Shown here: positions 1 to 12,874 of the stretch, piece after piece
Layout: the number at the start of each line of letters is the position of its first letter
How positions within the stretch are numbered: the first letter of the stretch is position 1
Assembly: GCA_038087875.1 (NCBI GenBank)
Contig: CM075989.1
Location: 8,558,001 to 8,622,000 of the forward strand
Reading direction: 5' to 3'
Source of the DNA: Malacoraja senta
Lineage: Eukaryota
DNA length: 64,000 bases
Notes under the pieces: generated by a model
Told to the model about the DNA's origin: nothing
Database searches by the model: none
Seen by the model: the letters and a program-made list of their open reading frames with translations, nothing else
Position numbers and translations under genes: made by a program

Positions 1-297
1 TGTTATAAGAGTTATAATAGAGCGATTGTTCCTTCTTTCTTTCTCTTTCTTTTCTAGGGTCTATTTTCTAACTTTACTTCCTTCTCTAACTTCTTTTCTA
101 AGGGGCTTTCTTTTCCCAACACTCTTTTGCACTTCACAACCTTTGCGCACTTTCTTCACTTTTCTTACTTCTTTCTTTTTCTTTCTTAAAGTTTAAAAAA
201 GTGAAGCGGTACAAAAAATGTATTAATATATACGTGTTGTACATTACTGTAATCTACCGTACTTCTATTAAAAAAATTATTTAAAAAAAAAAAGAAA
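1..297 (+). mobile_element. L1 3'UTR and A-tail, same subfamily as the 49.3-kb copy
   Basis: Positions 1-190 are essentially the reverse complement of ~49331-49520; ends in an A-rich tail. Confidence 0.8.
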
Positions 298-1675
298 GAT
301 GCTGCTGGCCAATCTCACTCAACATTCATGGACGGAGAAAAAAACCAACAACCTATCAGTTCTGGGCCAAACATCGCCAATGTTTCTTAAAGACCATGAC
401 CCTCAAACAGAAATGGACATAGTCTGGACATTGTACAGATGGTGGCGAATCTCTGAAATTCTCTACCCAGAGAACTATGGAAGTTAAAGAGGAAGTAACA
501 AAAAATGTTTGTAAAATCAGTGAATTGAGGGCTATGAAGAACTGGCACAGAAGAGGAGATGAGGTTTGGTGCAGATCAGCCATGATCATGTAGAAAGGTG
601 CGGCAGGTTTGAGGGACAGAGTAACCGACTCCTATTTTCTTATGTTCTTATGATGCAGGCAAGTTTCTAAGTGTCAATATTGTCAACAATTTGTCCAGGT
701 CCATCCACATTGACCACAAGAAGGTGCTCCAATGCCTCTACTTCCTCAAATTTGGCAAGTATCTAATGACTCTTTCCGATTTCTACAGAAGGATTATAGG
801 AAGCATCTTATTTAGATGCATCATAGCCTGGTATGGCAACTGTTCTGCCCCAAACTGCAAGAAAATGAGGAGAAATGTGAATGCAGCCCAGTCCACGTAA
901 AGCTGCCTCTCCATACCACCAGATTAAGAACAATTTCTTCCATGTTGTTATCGGACTCTTGAACGGACCTCTCACATGTTATGGGTGAATTCCTGATCTT
1001 CCAATCTACTTTGTTGCTGCCCTTGCACATTTTACAGCTGCATTTCTCTGTAGCTGTAACACTATATTCTGTACTCTGTTTCTTTTCTCTGCATTACCTT
1101 ATATACATGTGTGTATGATTTGCCCGATAGAATATGAAACAAAGTTTTCCATTTTATCTTGGAACACATGACAATAATAAGAAACCCAACTAAACCATTG
1201 GAATGGGAAATATAGCAGAGCTTAGCAAAGTAAAAGGAAAGAGTAGAAGAAAGTGATTGGGTGCAAGGTAAGGTGGAATGTTAGAATGTAGTTGGCGACA
1301 GGGCATCTTGGAGGGAGTTTTCCCATGGGATAACCAGGAATTGACATTGGTCCAACAGAAAGTTGAGCCAGTGAGTCAGGTGTTGGTCTATTGGATTAGG
1401 TTTGATTACACAAGCACATTTCAGCTGGATCCCCACATTGTTAGCAGTTAATCATGGACTTACTGCTAATAGTGGCATTGTTGCTGGCTGCCATTGTTTG
1501 CAAAGGAAAAGTAACAATATGGTTGTCAGAGATAACTCTTAGTACAACGGCAACCAAGTAGGATTACTTCAATCGTAAAAAAGTTGGAAAATTGGCAACA
1601 GTATAGATCTGCGTGCAAAGGACTCATTTTGCTTTGGCAAGGAACTGGGAAACGGCACGAAGGGGGAGGGCAGAC

Positions 1676-1818
1676 CTGTGCACATTTCTGGTTCTTTTTG
1701 TTCCTCAGGTTTCTCGTCAGCCTCTTTGGCTCGTTGCCCGGTTGTCCCGGTAGACGGAAGTATTCATACAGTTGGTTGGTCCACTGGCCAAGGGACCTGA
1801 TGTGAAGCCAGATAGTGT
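1676..1818 (-). CDS. NOX5: NOX5 coding exon 9 (FAD domain, C-terminal polybasic region); gene continues beyond window start
   Basis: Translates DTIWLHIRSLGQWTNQLYEYFRLPGQPGNEPKRLTRNLRNKKNQKCAQ. Acceptor catccacag; the donor CAG|gtctgc is weaker, so the 3' boundary is less certain. Confidence 0.9.
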
Positions 1819-4274
1819 CTGTGGATGAAAGTAACCGCAAACATCAAAATTACCATCGCTCTTCTTTCCAGCAACAGCTCAGATTCAATGGATAGACACA
1901 ATCCGCCACTAGGTGTTGCTCATTGCGCATGGTTTGAAGCAAGCTTGGCACACCATAACCCACACAACCTTCTATGGATTATCCACGCCTTCCCTCAGAC
2001 ACTCAGGAATGAGGCAGCGGGATGGGTCACATTTTCATATCTATATTATTTTCAATCTTATTACAGATTTACCAAATGTTCAGTGAACTCTTGTAACTTT
2101 GTCAGCACCAGGCACGTGGCGACTCTTGTGTACTGTCCAGGTGAAGTTTAGTTTAGTTTAGTTTAGAGATACAGCACGGAAACAGGCCCTTTGGCTCACC
2201 AGGCCCTTCGGCCCACCGACCAGCAACCCCGCACATTAGCAGTATTCAACTGAGAGTTAGATTTAGCTCTTGGGGCTAAGGGAACCAAGGGATATGGGGG
2301 AAATGCCAGAACGGGGTACTGATTTTGAATTATTTTAAGAAGGAACTGCAGATGCTGGAAAATCGAAGGTACAGGTTTCGGCCCGAAACGTTGCCTATCT
2401 CCTTCGCTCCATAGATGCTGCTGCACCCACTGAGTTTCTCCAGCATTTTTGTGTACCACTGATTTTGAATGATCAGCCATGATCATATTGAATGGCGGTG
2501 CTGGCTCGAAGGGCCGAATGGCCTACTCCAGCACCTATTTTCTATGTTTCTATGTATAACCATATAACCATATAACCATTACAGCATGGAAACAGGCCAT
2601 CTCGGCCCTTCAAGTCCGTGCCGAACACTTTTTATTTTTTTATTTTTATTTTATTTTTAATTTTTAATTACTTCCCCCTAGTCCCATCTACCTGCACTCA
2701 GACCATAACCCTCCATTCCTTTCCCGTCCATACACACACTAGGGGCAGTTTACATTTATACCTAGCCTATTAACCGACAAACCTGCATGACTTTGGGGTG
2801 TGGGAGGAAACCGGAGATCTCAGAGGAAACCCACACAGGTCATGGGGAGAATGTTCAAACTCCATACAGACAAGCAGCCATAGTCAGGATCGAACCGGGA
2901 TCTCTGGTGCTGTCAGGCAAAATCTCTACTGTTGCGCCACTGTGCCCCCCTTCGTACAGATCGACTGTAAGATTTTACCAGATTGTATGCAAAATAAATC
3001 ATTTCACTGACCTAGGTACATGTGAAAATATAATATAATTGAATCATTGAATAAGCTGAGCTTCCCCATCCACACTGCTGAGAAGCATCGACCTGCTTGA
3101 TCTTATCCAAGTGCCAAACATTTTGTGGCCAGGTTCTGTGTTGGAGAATGGCGGGTTTTTGCTACCTACTGTACCTGCTGATAAAGATCAAATGCTTGGC
3201 TAAAATATTCTGGCTGACAGATTTGCTTTCATTTACTACTGACAATAAGGCAATCACAGCCCACAGTACGCGCTCAAAAGGTGAGAAGAAGTTGAGAGTA
3301 CACCTGCAGTATTGTGATTGCTCATCAGTAGAATAGATTATAGTAGCAAATCCGCACACATGCCCACAGGAAAGACCCGAGCCAAACAGACCCACGCGAT
3401 CCAAGGTCAATTCTAATGCATTCGAGAAAACAGAAATTGCTGGAGGTTCTCACAGAGCATGTGAAGAGAGAAATAACAAGTAAAAGATTCAGATTGGTGT
3501 CCTTTCATCAGACTTTTTCCCATTCTGATTGATGTTTATCAACCTGAAGTGTTACAGGTTTCATTCTCTGCACATGCTGCTCAAATCATTCAACCCAGAA
3601 ACTGCTCCTTCAACCCAACTTGCCGATGCTGGCCCTGATTCCCAAACCTATGCTAGTCCCACCTGCCTGCATTTGGCCCATATCCCTCTCATCTTTCCTA
3701 TCCACGTATCTCTCCAAATGTCTTTTAAATGTTGTTATAGTGCCTGCTTCAACTCGCTCATGGCAATTAATTCCATATATCCATCAATCTCTGTGTGAAA
3801 AAGTTGCCTCTCAGGTTCCTATTAAATCTTTCCCGTCTCATGTAAATCTATCTCCTCTGGTTCTTGATTCTCCTACTCTGTGTGAAAGACAGTGCTTTCT
3901 CCCTATCTACTGTATTTCCCTCGTGATCTCTGTAAGATCAGCCTCCTATGCTCCAAGGAATAAAGCCCTAGCCTGTCCACCTCTCCCTACAGTTTAGGCC
4001 CTCAAGTGCTGACAACATCCTGGTAAATCTTCTTTGCACTGTGTCCAGCTTAATAACGCCCTTCCCATAGCAGCACTTTACTTCATTTTCAAGATTTCTT
4101 ACATCTGCAGATATGGCTTTTTTATTTCATGCTTTGTTTTAAGTTGAAATTAACTTAATTGAAGTCAAGTTAAAATGTTGTCTGAAGAAGGGTCTTGACC
4201 CGAAACATCACTCATTCCTTCTCCCCAAAGATGCTGCCTGTCCTGCTGAGTTACTCCAGCTTTTGTGATATACA

Positions 4275-4765
4275 TTTTTTATTAGAAGCAAACATATTAC
4301 AGTGTAGAGTAACATATTATAATAGAATAGAAGAAAAAACTTTTCATATACATCAATCATTCATACATTATTAAATTTGTCAATTGTCAGTTAATTCTGC
4401 TTCTAGTGTTTTTTTTATATAGATAGAAAAAGAAAAATAGAGAGAAAGAAGAGAAAGAAAGAAGAATTTCAATATCAAAAAAGAAAAAAAGGTGGAATGA
4501 ATAACTTATAATACGTCATAGGAGATAAGTTCGTAGGTTATGAAATATAATTACATCTAATCCTGAGTTCAAGCTTCAGTCGGGCTTTCGCGCTGGGCCA
4601 CTCTATCCCTTCAAATAGGTAATGAATGGAGCCCATATTTTAACAAAAAGTTCTTGCTTGCCCATTAAGACGAGTCTAATTCTTTCTAGATGTAGGGTCT
4701 CCAACATTTCCACAATCCACATTTTAATTGTGGGGGTTGTAGGGCCTTTCCAGAATTTTACTCCA
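4275..4765 (-). mobile_element. L1 3' fragment (third subfamily)
   Basis: Translates KFWKGPTTPTIKMWIVEMLETLHLERIRL..., similar to the C-terminus of the 17-kb L1; 3'UTR ends in ctaataaaaaa. Confidence 0.8.
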
Positions 4766-4769
4766 GCGT

Positions 4770-5612
4770 TTAAGGACAAAGGACATTTATTGTCACGTAC
4801 ACCAATTGGTGCGGTGACATTTGAGTTACCACGCAGCACACAGATAAGATAAACACAACACTATAGAATTTAACATTAAACATAAAAAACATCCCCCCCC
4901 CCACCACTGCGGAAACAACGTTTCCCACTGTGAGGGAAGGCAACAAAGTCCAGTTTTCTTTCTCTTGTTCACCCGTGGTCGGGGCCTATTGAGGCCTCCA
5001 CAGTCGCCGCAACGGCGGCCCGATATTTCAGGCCCTCTCACCGGATGATGGTACTCTGGCGACAGAAGAACACTCTCAGCGGCGTGGAGTTCCAAATCGG
5101 CCGCTTCCTACCGGAGACCGCGGCTCCCGGAGTTCACAGGCCGAGCTGGGCGGAGCTCCAACACTGGCGGCCTCGGCGAAAGATCCCAGGCCTCCGCGAT
5201 GTTAAAGTCAGCGCCGCCCTCGGCTGGAGGCTCCGCGGACCGCAGCTGCACGGTGTTAGAGTCGGTAGTTGCAGCTTCCAACACGGCGACCCTAGTAAGG
5301 TATCGGCCGCTCCACGATGGTACTTCAGTGCTGCGCTGCTGTAGAAGCTGAAGCTCTGGCCGGTCTCCGGCAGGGAAGGCCGCGCCAATCCAGATGGTAG
5401 GACGCGAGGAGGGGGCGAAGATGCGTCTCGGAGGAAAGACGCATCCTCGACCAGGTAGCGACTGTGAAAAACAGTTTCACCCCCCCCCCCCCCATCCCCC
5501 ACATTAAAAGATTAAAAGACCACCAAAACAAAACTTTTTGACAGACTAAAATGTTTTTTAAAGGATGAAAGGACAAACAGCTGCAGGCGAGGCGGCCACA
5601 CTCGAAAGACAC
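4770..5612 (-). mobile_element. GC/CpG-rich non-coding retroelement fragment; a related piece lies at ~53385-53597
   Basis: Shared segment aaggacatttattgtcac...accaattggtgc...gtttcccactgtgagggaaggcaacaaag; AATAAA plus a short tandem tail on the minus strand. Confidence 0.55.
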
Positions 5613-6022
5613 TCTATCTTTTGTTTTACATTATTTGAGCTCAGTTGCAATGGTAGAAAATTAACCATAGGTGAGTCAGAGGAAAACAAATGAATTGTCA
5701 TCATGAATATTGCCCAATGTTACATTGGGTACCAGGGTGGAGCCAGGATGCAAAACAATGATGTGACCATTCCAACGAAACATCTAACTCACGGGAATCA
5801 TTTTCCCTTTGGTGTTGTGTGTCGAAGGAGGCTGGAAACACTAGATACTTCTGATGTTGAAACCTTGAACAAAAAAAAGTGCTGGAGGAACTTAGCAGGC
5901 CAGGGATTACCTGTGAAGAAAATGGACAAACTGTGCTTTGGGTTGGGATCAGTCTGAAAAAGGATCCCGACCCAAAATGTTGCCTGTCCGTTTCACTCTA
6001 CGGATGCTGTGTGACCTGTGCT

Positions 6023-6333
6023 GGGCGGCACAGTGGTGCAGCGGTAGAGTTGCTGCCTTACAGCGTCAGAGACCCAGGTTTGATCCTGAATACGGGTGCT
6101 TGTCTGTCCAGAGTTTGTATGTTCTCCCCATGACCTGCATGGATTTTCTCCAAGATCTTCAGTTTCCTCCCACACTCCAAAGACGTACAGGTTTGTAGGT
6201 TAATTGGCTTGGTATAAATATAAATTGTCCCTACTGTGTGTAGGATAGTGTTAATGTGCGGGGATCGCTGGTCGATGCGGACTCGGTGGGCCGAAGAGCC
6301 TGTTTCCCCACTGTATCTCTAAACTAAACTAAA
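6023..6333 (+). mobile_element. tRNA-derived V-SINE (HE1-like)
   Basis: A-box/B-box-like head, central tttcctcccacactccaaagac and (ctaaa)n tail. Other copies at ~2148-2245/2730-2950(-), 10556-10700(-), 14821-15090(-), 21705-22003(+), 26147-26454(+), 41130-41570(+), 52130-52425(+), 52661-52951(-), 54750-55250 and 58770-59340. Confidence 0.85.
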
Positions 6334-7276
6334 CCTGCTGAGTTGCTCCAGGATTTAAGGGTTTATGAGATGAAGTGAAGGCAGACAAGGAAGTAGTTGT
6401 CACAGTAGTTGCTGTGAAAGTAATGTTCATAGCTCAGCCCAGTTCAAGTGTTTAAGGTCAGAGTTACAGAGCTTCCTATGTTCACCACTTCAGGATTGAG
6501 AGACCAAATGCAAATCTAATTGGATAATTAAGGCCCGGTGCCTCAATGATGTATGTGCCACTCATAGTTTTCAATAGGCTGAGAACCAAATAGAAAGGTA
6601 ATTAGCATAAGATTTACTTCAGACTAAAGAGCCTGTCCCACGGGTGTTATTTGTGCGTCATTTACGCGACATCATTTACTCGCCACGACGCATGGCGTGC
6701 ATTACGCGCACATGGCACGTGGTGAGACGTGGTGGTGTAGGCAGTCACGAGCGGCGCCCCAAGATTTTGGGATTCTCAAAATCCTCGCGCGCCACCTGCG
6801 TGACGCGCAAATGATGCCCAAGTGGGACAGCTCCTTAAAAGGCACTTCAGGGACTGGAAAACATTCCTTTTTCATCACATCGTCTTTCCCTCTTACTAAA
6901 GATACATCCAATTTCCCATGAACCTGTTTCATTGGCTCTTCCAGACAAATTATTGCAGTTTATAATCCTTTGGGTAAAAACTTCAATTTGGCATTGAGCC
7001 CAGGTGTTTCTCTTTTAATCATGCGTCTAGAAAACCCTTGCATGAAACTTGCGATAAGAAACTTTGGAGCGTATAACCTTCAAAATGCCTCCTTTGCTCA
7101 TTAATCTATTCCAATTTACTTTATCTGCTATCAAAATACGATGGAGGCACAGCATATTTGCACATCATCACAAGAAAAACAGAACATGCTGTAAAAACTC
7201 ATCAGGTGAGGCAGCATCAATTGAATTAGGAGCAGTCAATGTTTTGGGTCGGAGACCCTCTGTTGGAACTCCATAC

Positions 7277-7409
7277 CTTGTTGTTCTGGAGCACTGCTGA
7301 TCGTAAATGGATGCCACTCATACTTGGCAATCTCTGGGATGTTGAGATATACATAGTCTCCTGGCTTGTAGTTGAAGAATGCCGACCTCTTGATAACAAG
7401 ATGGGTTAC
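7277..7409 (-). CDS. NOX5: NOX5 coding exon 8 (FAD-binding HPFT motif); not in the ORF track
   Basis: Manual translation gives VTHLVIKRSAFFNYKPGDYVYLNIPEIAKYEWHPFTISSAPEQQ. Acceptor atattcag, donor G|gtatgg; 133 nt, phase 0 to 1. Confidence 0.96.
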
Positions 7410-7488
7410 CTGAATATTAAGAAGGGAATGTTAAAAATGACATTTCCATGAAAGCAACACAAACAAAGGTCTGAGCTCTGGTATCTAC

Positions 7489-7687
7489 AGGGCCTGTCCC
7501 ACTTGGGCGTCATTTGCATGTCATTTACGCGACATCATTTACGCGTCGTGATGCACACGTGGTACGCATTACGCACGCATGGTGCGTGGAGACGGAAGCA
7601 GTGACGCGCCCCAGGATTTTGGGATGTACAAAATCTTTGCGCGCCATCTGCATGACGCGCAAATGACGCCCAAGTGGGACAGGCCCT
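7489..7687. mobile_element. Palindromic MITE, CpG-rich subfamily; other copies at ~6629-6834 and ~21150-21375
   Basis: Arms GGGCCTGTCCCACTTGGGCGTCATTTG ... CAAATGACGCCCAAGTGGGACAGGCCC. Confidence 0.82.
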
Positions 7688-7828
7688 TACTTGTCACACT
7701 CCCATCGGTCACAGGGCGAAGGGATTTGTTGTTGCTACACTGCGGGCTGGAAGAATCTGCTTCTGTGTTGTACAACTCTGTGATGCTATATATTACTGCA
7801 TTACCTCTGTCAACCTTCTCCAAATCTC

Positions 7829-8121
7829 AAGGGTCTGTCCCACACGCGATTTTTACAGCGACTTGCTGGCACCCTTCATAATTGCAGCAGGTCTCCGAAA
7901 TTTTTCACCATGTTGAATATCCAGCGGCAATCAGAAAAAGTTACGACTCTTTGGGCGACTACTAACGACCATAAAGGCGTCACCCCGCGACATGTCGACA
8001 TGAGATGCCTGTATGGTCGTGATTAGTTGTCCAAAGAGTTGTACCTTTTTCTGGTCACTGCTGCGACTATGACGGGTGCCGGTAAGTCACCGAAAATATC
8101 GCGTAAGTGGGACAGGCCCTT
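7829..8121. mobile_element. Palindromic MITE, third subfamily with the same terminal motif
   Basis: Arms agggtctgtcccac ... gtgggacaggccct, with internal inverted segments. Confidence 0.78.
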
Positions 8122-8725
8122 GAGGTCTAACCACAAGATATCAATCTCGAGCAGATGAACATCTTATCAATAATTTCATTTCATTGCCCTCAGATTACAT
8201 ATTTCACCCCCAACCATCCATTGAAGAACGGTGGTGAAACAGGGTCCTTCAGAAACGATTATTTCAACTTCAATTTCAAAAAGGCAGGCAGTCTCCTCCT
8301 AATGTTGTCACCCTCTCCCTCTTTGATTTATTCAAGCGTCTTTGGAAATAAATACAATTTTGCGTCCAAGGAAAGACACAAACTGCTGGAGTAACTCAGC
8401 AGGTCAGGCAGCATCCCTGGAGAACACGGAGAGGGAATGTTTCAGGTTGGGGCTCTTCTTCAGACTGAAGAAGGGTTCCAACTGGAAATGTAACCTATTC
8501 ATGTTCTCCAGGGTGAGTTACTCCAGCACTTTGCGTCTTTCCTTGGTAAACAAGCATTCACAGTTCTTGTTTGCGTCCAGTTGTACAATGCACTGTCCTT
8601 TGAAGTGTAGGTGATGAGATACACAAAGCAGCATTAACTCCACACTCCATCTCATTTTTTTCTGTATAATGATCCAGTCGACCCATCCATCCCATATCCA
8701 TTGAGAAACATGAAGAGATACTCAC

Positions 8726-8908
8726 CTTAGATGGCAGCAAGTTGACTTCCACGATCTGTGTCCCACCAATGCGCGATACTGTAATTCCGACTATTTTTTC
8801 CATGAGAAACAAGAATCCCGAGGCCACGAACCACTTCCAGAAGTTGGAGCAGTGAAGAATTAACAAACCCCAGACCCAAATGTAGCACAAATGAGTCCAA
8901 TAAAAGAG
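8726..8908 (-). CDS. NOX5: NOX5 coding exon 7 (TM5-TM6, second His pair)
   Basis: Translates LFYWTHLCYIWVWGLLILHCSNFWKWF...IVEVNLLPSK. Acceptor ccttccag, donor AAG|gtgagt; 183 nt, phase 0 to 0. Confidence 0.96.
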
Positions 8909-9762
8909 CTGGAAGGAAAGGGTTAGCAAACTGTTAGCCCTTAGTAACATTAGGGTCAAACATTTGGAGGTGATTCAATGTCAAACCGGCTGCAATTAAT
9001 TTTGTGACTCTTAACAGGATTAAAACAAAAAATCCTGTTCTTAAATAGTGGCTATCATCGTCCTTTGAGAATTCCCAGATGTTTTACTGCTATTATCCAA
9101 GTTTAATCACTGCTAATGATATGAAACAGAGTAGCCAATTTGATAATTGTGAAAATGACAAGGTAATATGTTTTATTTTTAAAAAACAATTAAGAGATAA
9201 ATATTCAGCAGGGCATTGGGAATACTTTCCCTGAATCTTTTCACCGTCGATCTTTAAGTCCCATTAAAGAGGTGAAACAAGGAAGGGTTTACAAATGAAA
9301 AATGCAAGCTGCGGGAGTAACTCAGTGGGTCAGGCAGCATCTGTAGAGGGAAATGGGCAGGCAAAGCCCTCCACAGAAGCTGCCTGACCTGCAAGGTTAC
9401 TCCAGCACTTTGTTTTATTTTTACCTATTAAAGAGACCTTGGTTTCACATGTAATCTCAAAGTCAACGTCACTTATAGTACCGCACCAAAGGTACAAAGG
9501 TACAAAGGACATATATTATCTCATACACCAAATGGTGTAGTGAAATTTGACCAAAGTAGCATCCTTCATTTTTAACCTTTAGTCTCAACCCTACGACCAT
9601 CTGACTCAGAGGTAAAGGTACTCTAGCTTATATAAGCCACTGCTTATATTCAGTACTCATGGAGAGGATGTCTATACTGATTGAAAACTGCCAATTACAG
9701 TGTGTAGTTACATTATTAAGCATCTGCTGTTCAATGCTCTCAGACTGTACAAAAATCATTTA

Positions 9763-10215
9763 CATAGAAACATAGAAAATAGGTGCAGGAGGAGGCCATT
9801 CGGCCCTTCTAGCCAGCACCGCCATTCATTGCGATCATGGCTGATCGTCCCCAATCAATAACCTGTGCCTGCCTTCTCCCCATATCCCTTGATTCCACTA
9901 GCCCCTAGATCTCTATCTAACTCTCTCTTAAATCCATCCAGTGATTTGGCCTCCACTGCCCCCTGTGGCAGGGAATTCCACAAATTCACAACTCTCTGGG
10001 TGAAAAAGTATTTTCTCACCACAGTCTTAAATGGCTTCCCCTTTATTCTAAGACTGTGGCCCCTGGTTCTGGACTCGCCCAACATTGGGAACATTTTTCA
10101 TGCATCTGGCTTGTCCAGTCCTTTTATAATTTTATATGTTTCTATAAGATTCCCCCTCATCCTTCTAAACTCCAGTGAATACAAGCCTAGCCTTTTCAAT
10201 CTTTCCTCATATGAG
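9763..10215 (-). mobile_element. CR1 3' fragment
   Basis: Translates SYEERLKRLGLYSLEFRRMRG and GESRTRGHSLRIKG; (catagaaa)n tail. Similar fragments at ~13599-13965(+), 14130-14435(+), 19430-19905(+), 33935-34250(-), 47968-48210(-), 51083-51295(-) and 3590-4075(-). Confidence 0.85.
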
Positions 10216-10732
10216 CTTGCATTGTTCCATCTGCTAGCCAGCTGACATTGTAATAATGTCAGCATTTTATGACCTGCAAAACACAGACAACACCTTTCAC
10301 AGACAATAGCAGTCATTTGACACAATTTTTCTGAATTCTCTACCCTGCTGTATGGTTTAATGCCAGCAGCTATTATCAATTGTGTTATTATTGTTAGGAG
10401 CTACGTGCTAAGTGTCTAGTTATTTTAACATCACTCAAATTATTGTTTTACCATTGGAAAGTGGCTTCAATATTCCCAGAAGCCACTGCTTGTTTCCAAG
10501 CAACAATTGCAACTAAGCAAACAGAGCAGGAAGCAGCGTACCACCCCACTAGTCGTTAGTTTAGTTTAGAGATACACCACGAAAACAGGCCCTTCAGCCC
10601 ACCGAGTTCACACCAGCCAGCGATCCCTGTACACTAGCACTATCCTACATACTGGGGACAATTTACAATGTTTACCAAAGCCATTTAACCTACAAGCCTG
10701 CAGGTTCTATCCAGTACTTGTTTAACTGTTTC

Positions 10733-11000
10733 TTATGTGCTTGACGGTGCTCGGCTAAAGTGATTCTGCACCCTCTCTGCTACTTCATTCAGTGCAACGT
10801 CTTTTGTCTTGGTTGGAAGCAGGAGGTTTTCTAAAATTCCGTACACATCTAGCATATTTTGTAAGACTGCTTTCATCATGCTCTTGTCTTTGAGCATGAC
10901 TACATTCACCTTCTTTCTCAATTTAATCAATATTGTTTGCCCTGAAGAACACCCTCCATCCTTTCTGGAGAAGAAGTGAAGTGTTCACATGCTTTATGAT
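10733..11000 (-). mobile_element. Degraded Ty3/Gypsy gag-like remnant
   Basis: Frameshifted pieces RVFFRANNID and DVYGILENLLLPTKTKDVALNEVAERVQNHFS resemble the N-terminal gag motifs of vertebrate Gypsy elements; no LTRs seen. Confidence 0.5.
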
Positions 11001-11135
11001 AAATGCCGTTCCTGACACAGGCACATGGGGGACACAAGACATTGCAGAAATGGAATCTGGAGCAAGATACAAGGCACGACAGTCTTGTGTTGCCGTTTTG
11101 CAGCAATTACACCTCAACAGTTTAACGGTCTAACT

Positions 11136-11487
11136 CAGGGGTGGGGAACCTTTTCATGTTGGAATGCCGCATTACGTTAGCTGTAATCTAATAACGTCGC
11201 ATCCAAGAAACTTCAATTAGATATATTTCAAAATGTACATTATTTTGTTAAAATAGCCCTCATGACTTACTAATGTTTTAATTGTGGCCGTCAGTCGGGG
11301 AGGATTATTTCATTGAATCTTCTTTTACTCTTAGGTATTTTAAATACGTTCATTTTAAGATTATAATAAATAATAAAAGATGAACAAAAACATATTAATA
11401 ATAATAAAAAGATTTGTTCCACAAAATTTGGATTCATTCAAAAGGCCGCACTTAATGGCTTAGAAGGTCGCAGGTTCCCCACCCCTG
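11136..11487. mobile_element. Non-autonomous hAT (Charlie-like) DNA transposon
   Basis: 16-bp TIR CAGGGGTGGGGAACCT / AGGTTCCCCACCCCTG; 8-bp TSD gtctaact / gcctaact. Confidence 0.88.
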
Positions 11488-12232
11488 GCCTAACTCAATG
11501 ATACACATGTACTGCCCTTTATTCCTCATCTGAATTCCTGCACCATTCTCTCAAATCTGCAAGCTGCGGTTACCATGACTAATCATGAATTGTCAGACTC
11601 ACCCAATTATCACACGTGCACTGGACACTCAAGAGACTGCCGATGCTGGAACCTTGAATGAAAAACAAAGTACTGGAGAAATTCAGCGGGTCAGGCGACA
11701 TCTTTTGAGGGAAATAGATAGGGGACATGTTTGGGTAGAGACACGTCTTTGGACTCTCTTCTTCTTCAATCTAAAGAAGAGTCTCAACCCAAAACGTCAA
11801 CTGTACATTTTCCTTTCCAGATGCTGCCTGACTCGTTGAGTTCCTCCAGCACTTTGTCTTTTTTACATCACAAGTCGAGAATCAGTCAATGCAATCAATT
11901 ACTTTTCAGTTCCATCCTCGTCATTGCTGTTACATATGCAACCCTCTGGGTTCTTAGTAACAGGTGGTAAAATACAGAGACGAGCAGATTAACACAGGGG
12001 AAATATGGAGCGGATTAAAGAGATGCATCTCGATAATCGAGCACCTGCTCAGATTGCACACAAATGCACAATGATAAGCACACATCAATGCGTCATTCAG
12101 TGATGCCACACTCATTTACACATAGGTTGGAATTCTCTGGCCTGGCATTTTCTGTTGCCTGACCAGTCAGGTCCCAACAGTGCGGGACTAGAGTGAACCC
12201 GTACCACAATGTTGAATTTAATTTTCTTCTAC

Positions 12233-12408
12233 CTCAAAGTGTCCACTCCTGCGAATGAACGTGCTTGAGCAGATTAACATCAAAACGATGAGGAACTGCA
12301 AGATGATGCCAGTGATGGACGCTAATCCATATATCCATCCAATCCCAGGCCTTGACGTAAAGAGATACTCCCACAGCTGGTAGGTTCCATCTGTGTGAGT
12401 CATTTTCA
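12233..12408 (-). CDS. NOX5: NOX5 coding exon 6 (TM4)
   Basis: Translates VKMTHTDGTYQLWEYLFTSRPGIGWIYGLASITGIILQFLIVLMLICSSTFIRRSGHFE. Acceptor tttcttcag, donor GAG|gtagaa; 176 nt, phase 1 to 0. Confidence 0.96.
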
Positions 12409-12874
12409 CTGAAGAAAAATGAAGCAAGCCTCAATAAACATGTAACGAAATACAAAAGAGAGAAACAAAAAGCTGGAGTAACTCAGCGGGACAGGCAGCA
12501 TCTCTGCAGCGAAGGATTGGGTGACGTTTCGGAGGGAGACCCTTCTTCAACTATATACAATGTCTACGGTACGGTTAAGGAGCAGAGAGAAGGGCGAGCT
12601 GAATAGTCTTGGGAGAAGATTGCATGTGAAACATGGGGATTATACACCAAAGGCCTGCTTCTATGATATTAATTTGAGATTAAAATCTGTAATTAATTTT
12701 GAACATTCTACGAAAATTGCTACAGGTGCACAGTCCAGAGAAGTGTCCTTTCAAAAATCTTTTATTGACTGATTATTTATTGCATGGATAACGCTGTGTA
12801 CACACCTCAAAGGGTGGAATTGCATATTTAAGAGGGAAAGGAGAAGAGCAAGTGGGGCATGAGATGTACAGTAA

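Noticed and set aside
5045..5612. GC-rich ORFs as a gene or CpG-island promoter
   Set aside because: They lie within an interspersed repeat, part of which recurs at 53.4 kb, inside a NOX5 intron.
6023..6100. tRNA gene
   Set aside because: The tRNA-like head is joined to a SINE body and tail and recurs many times in the window.
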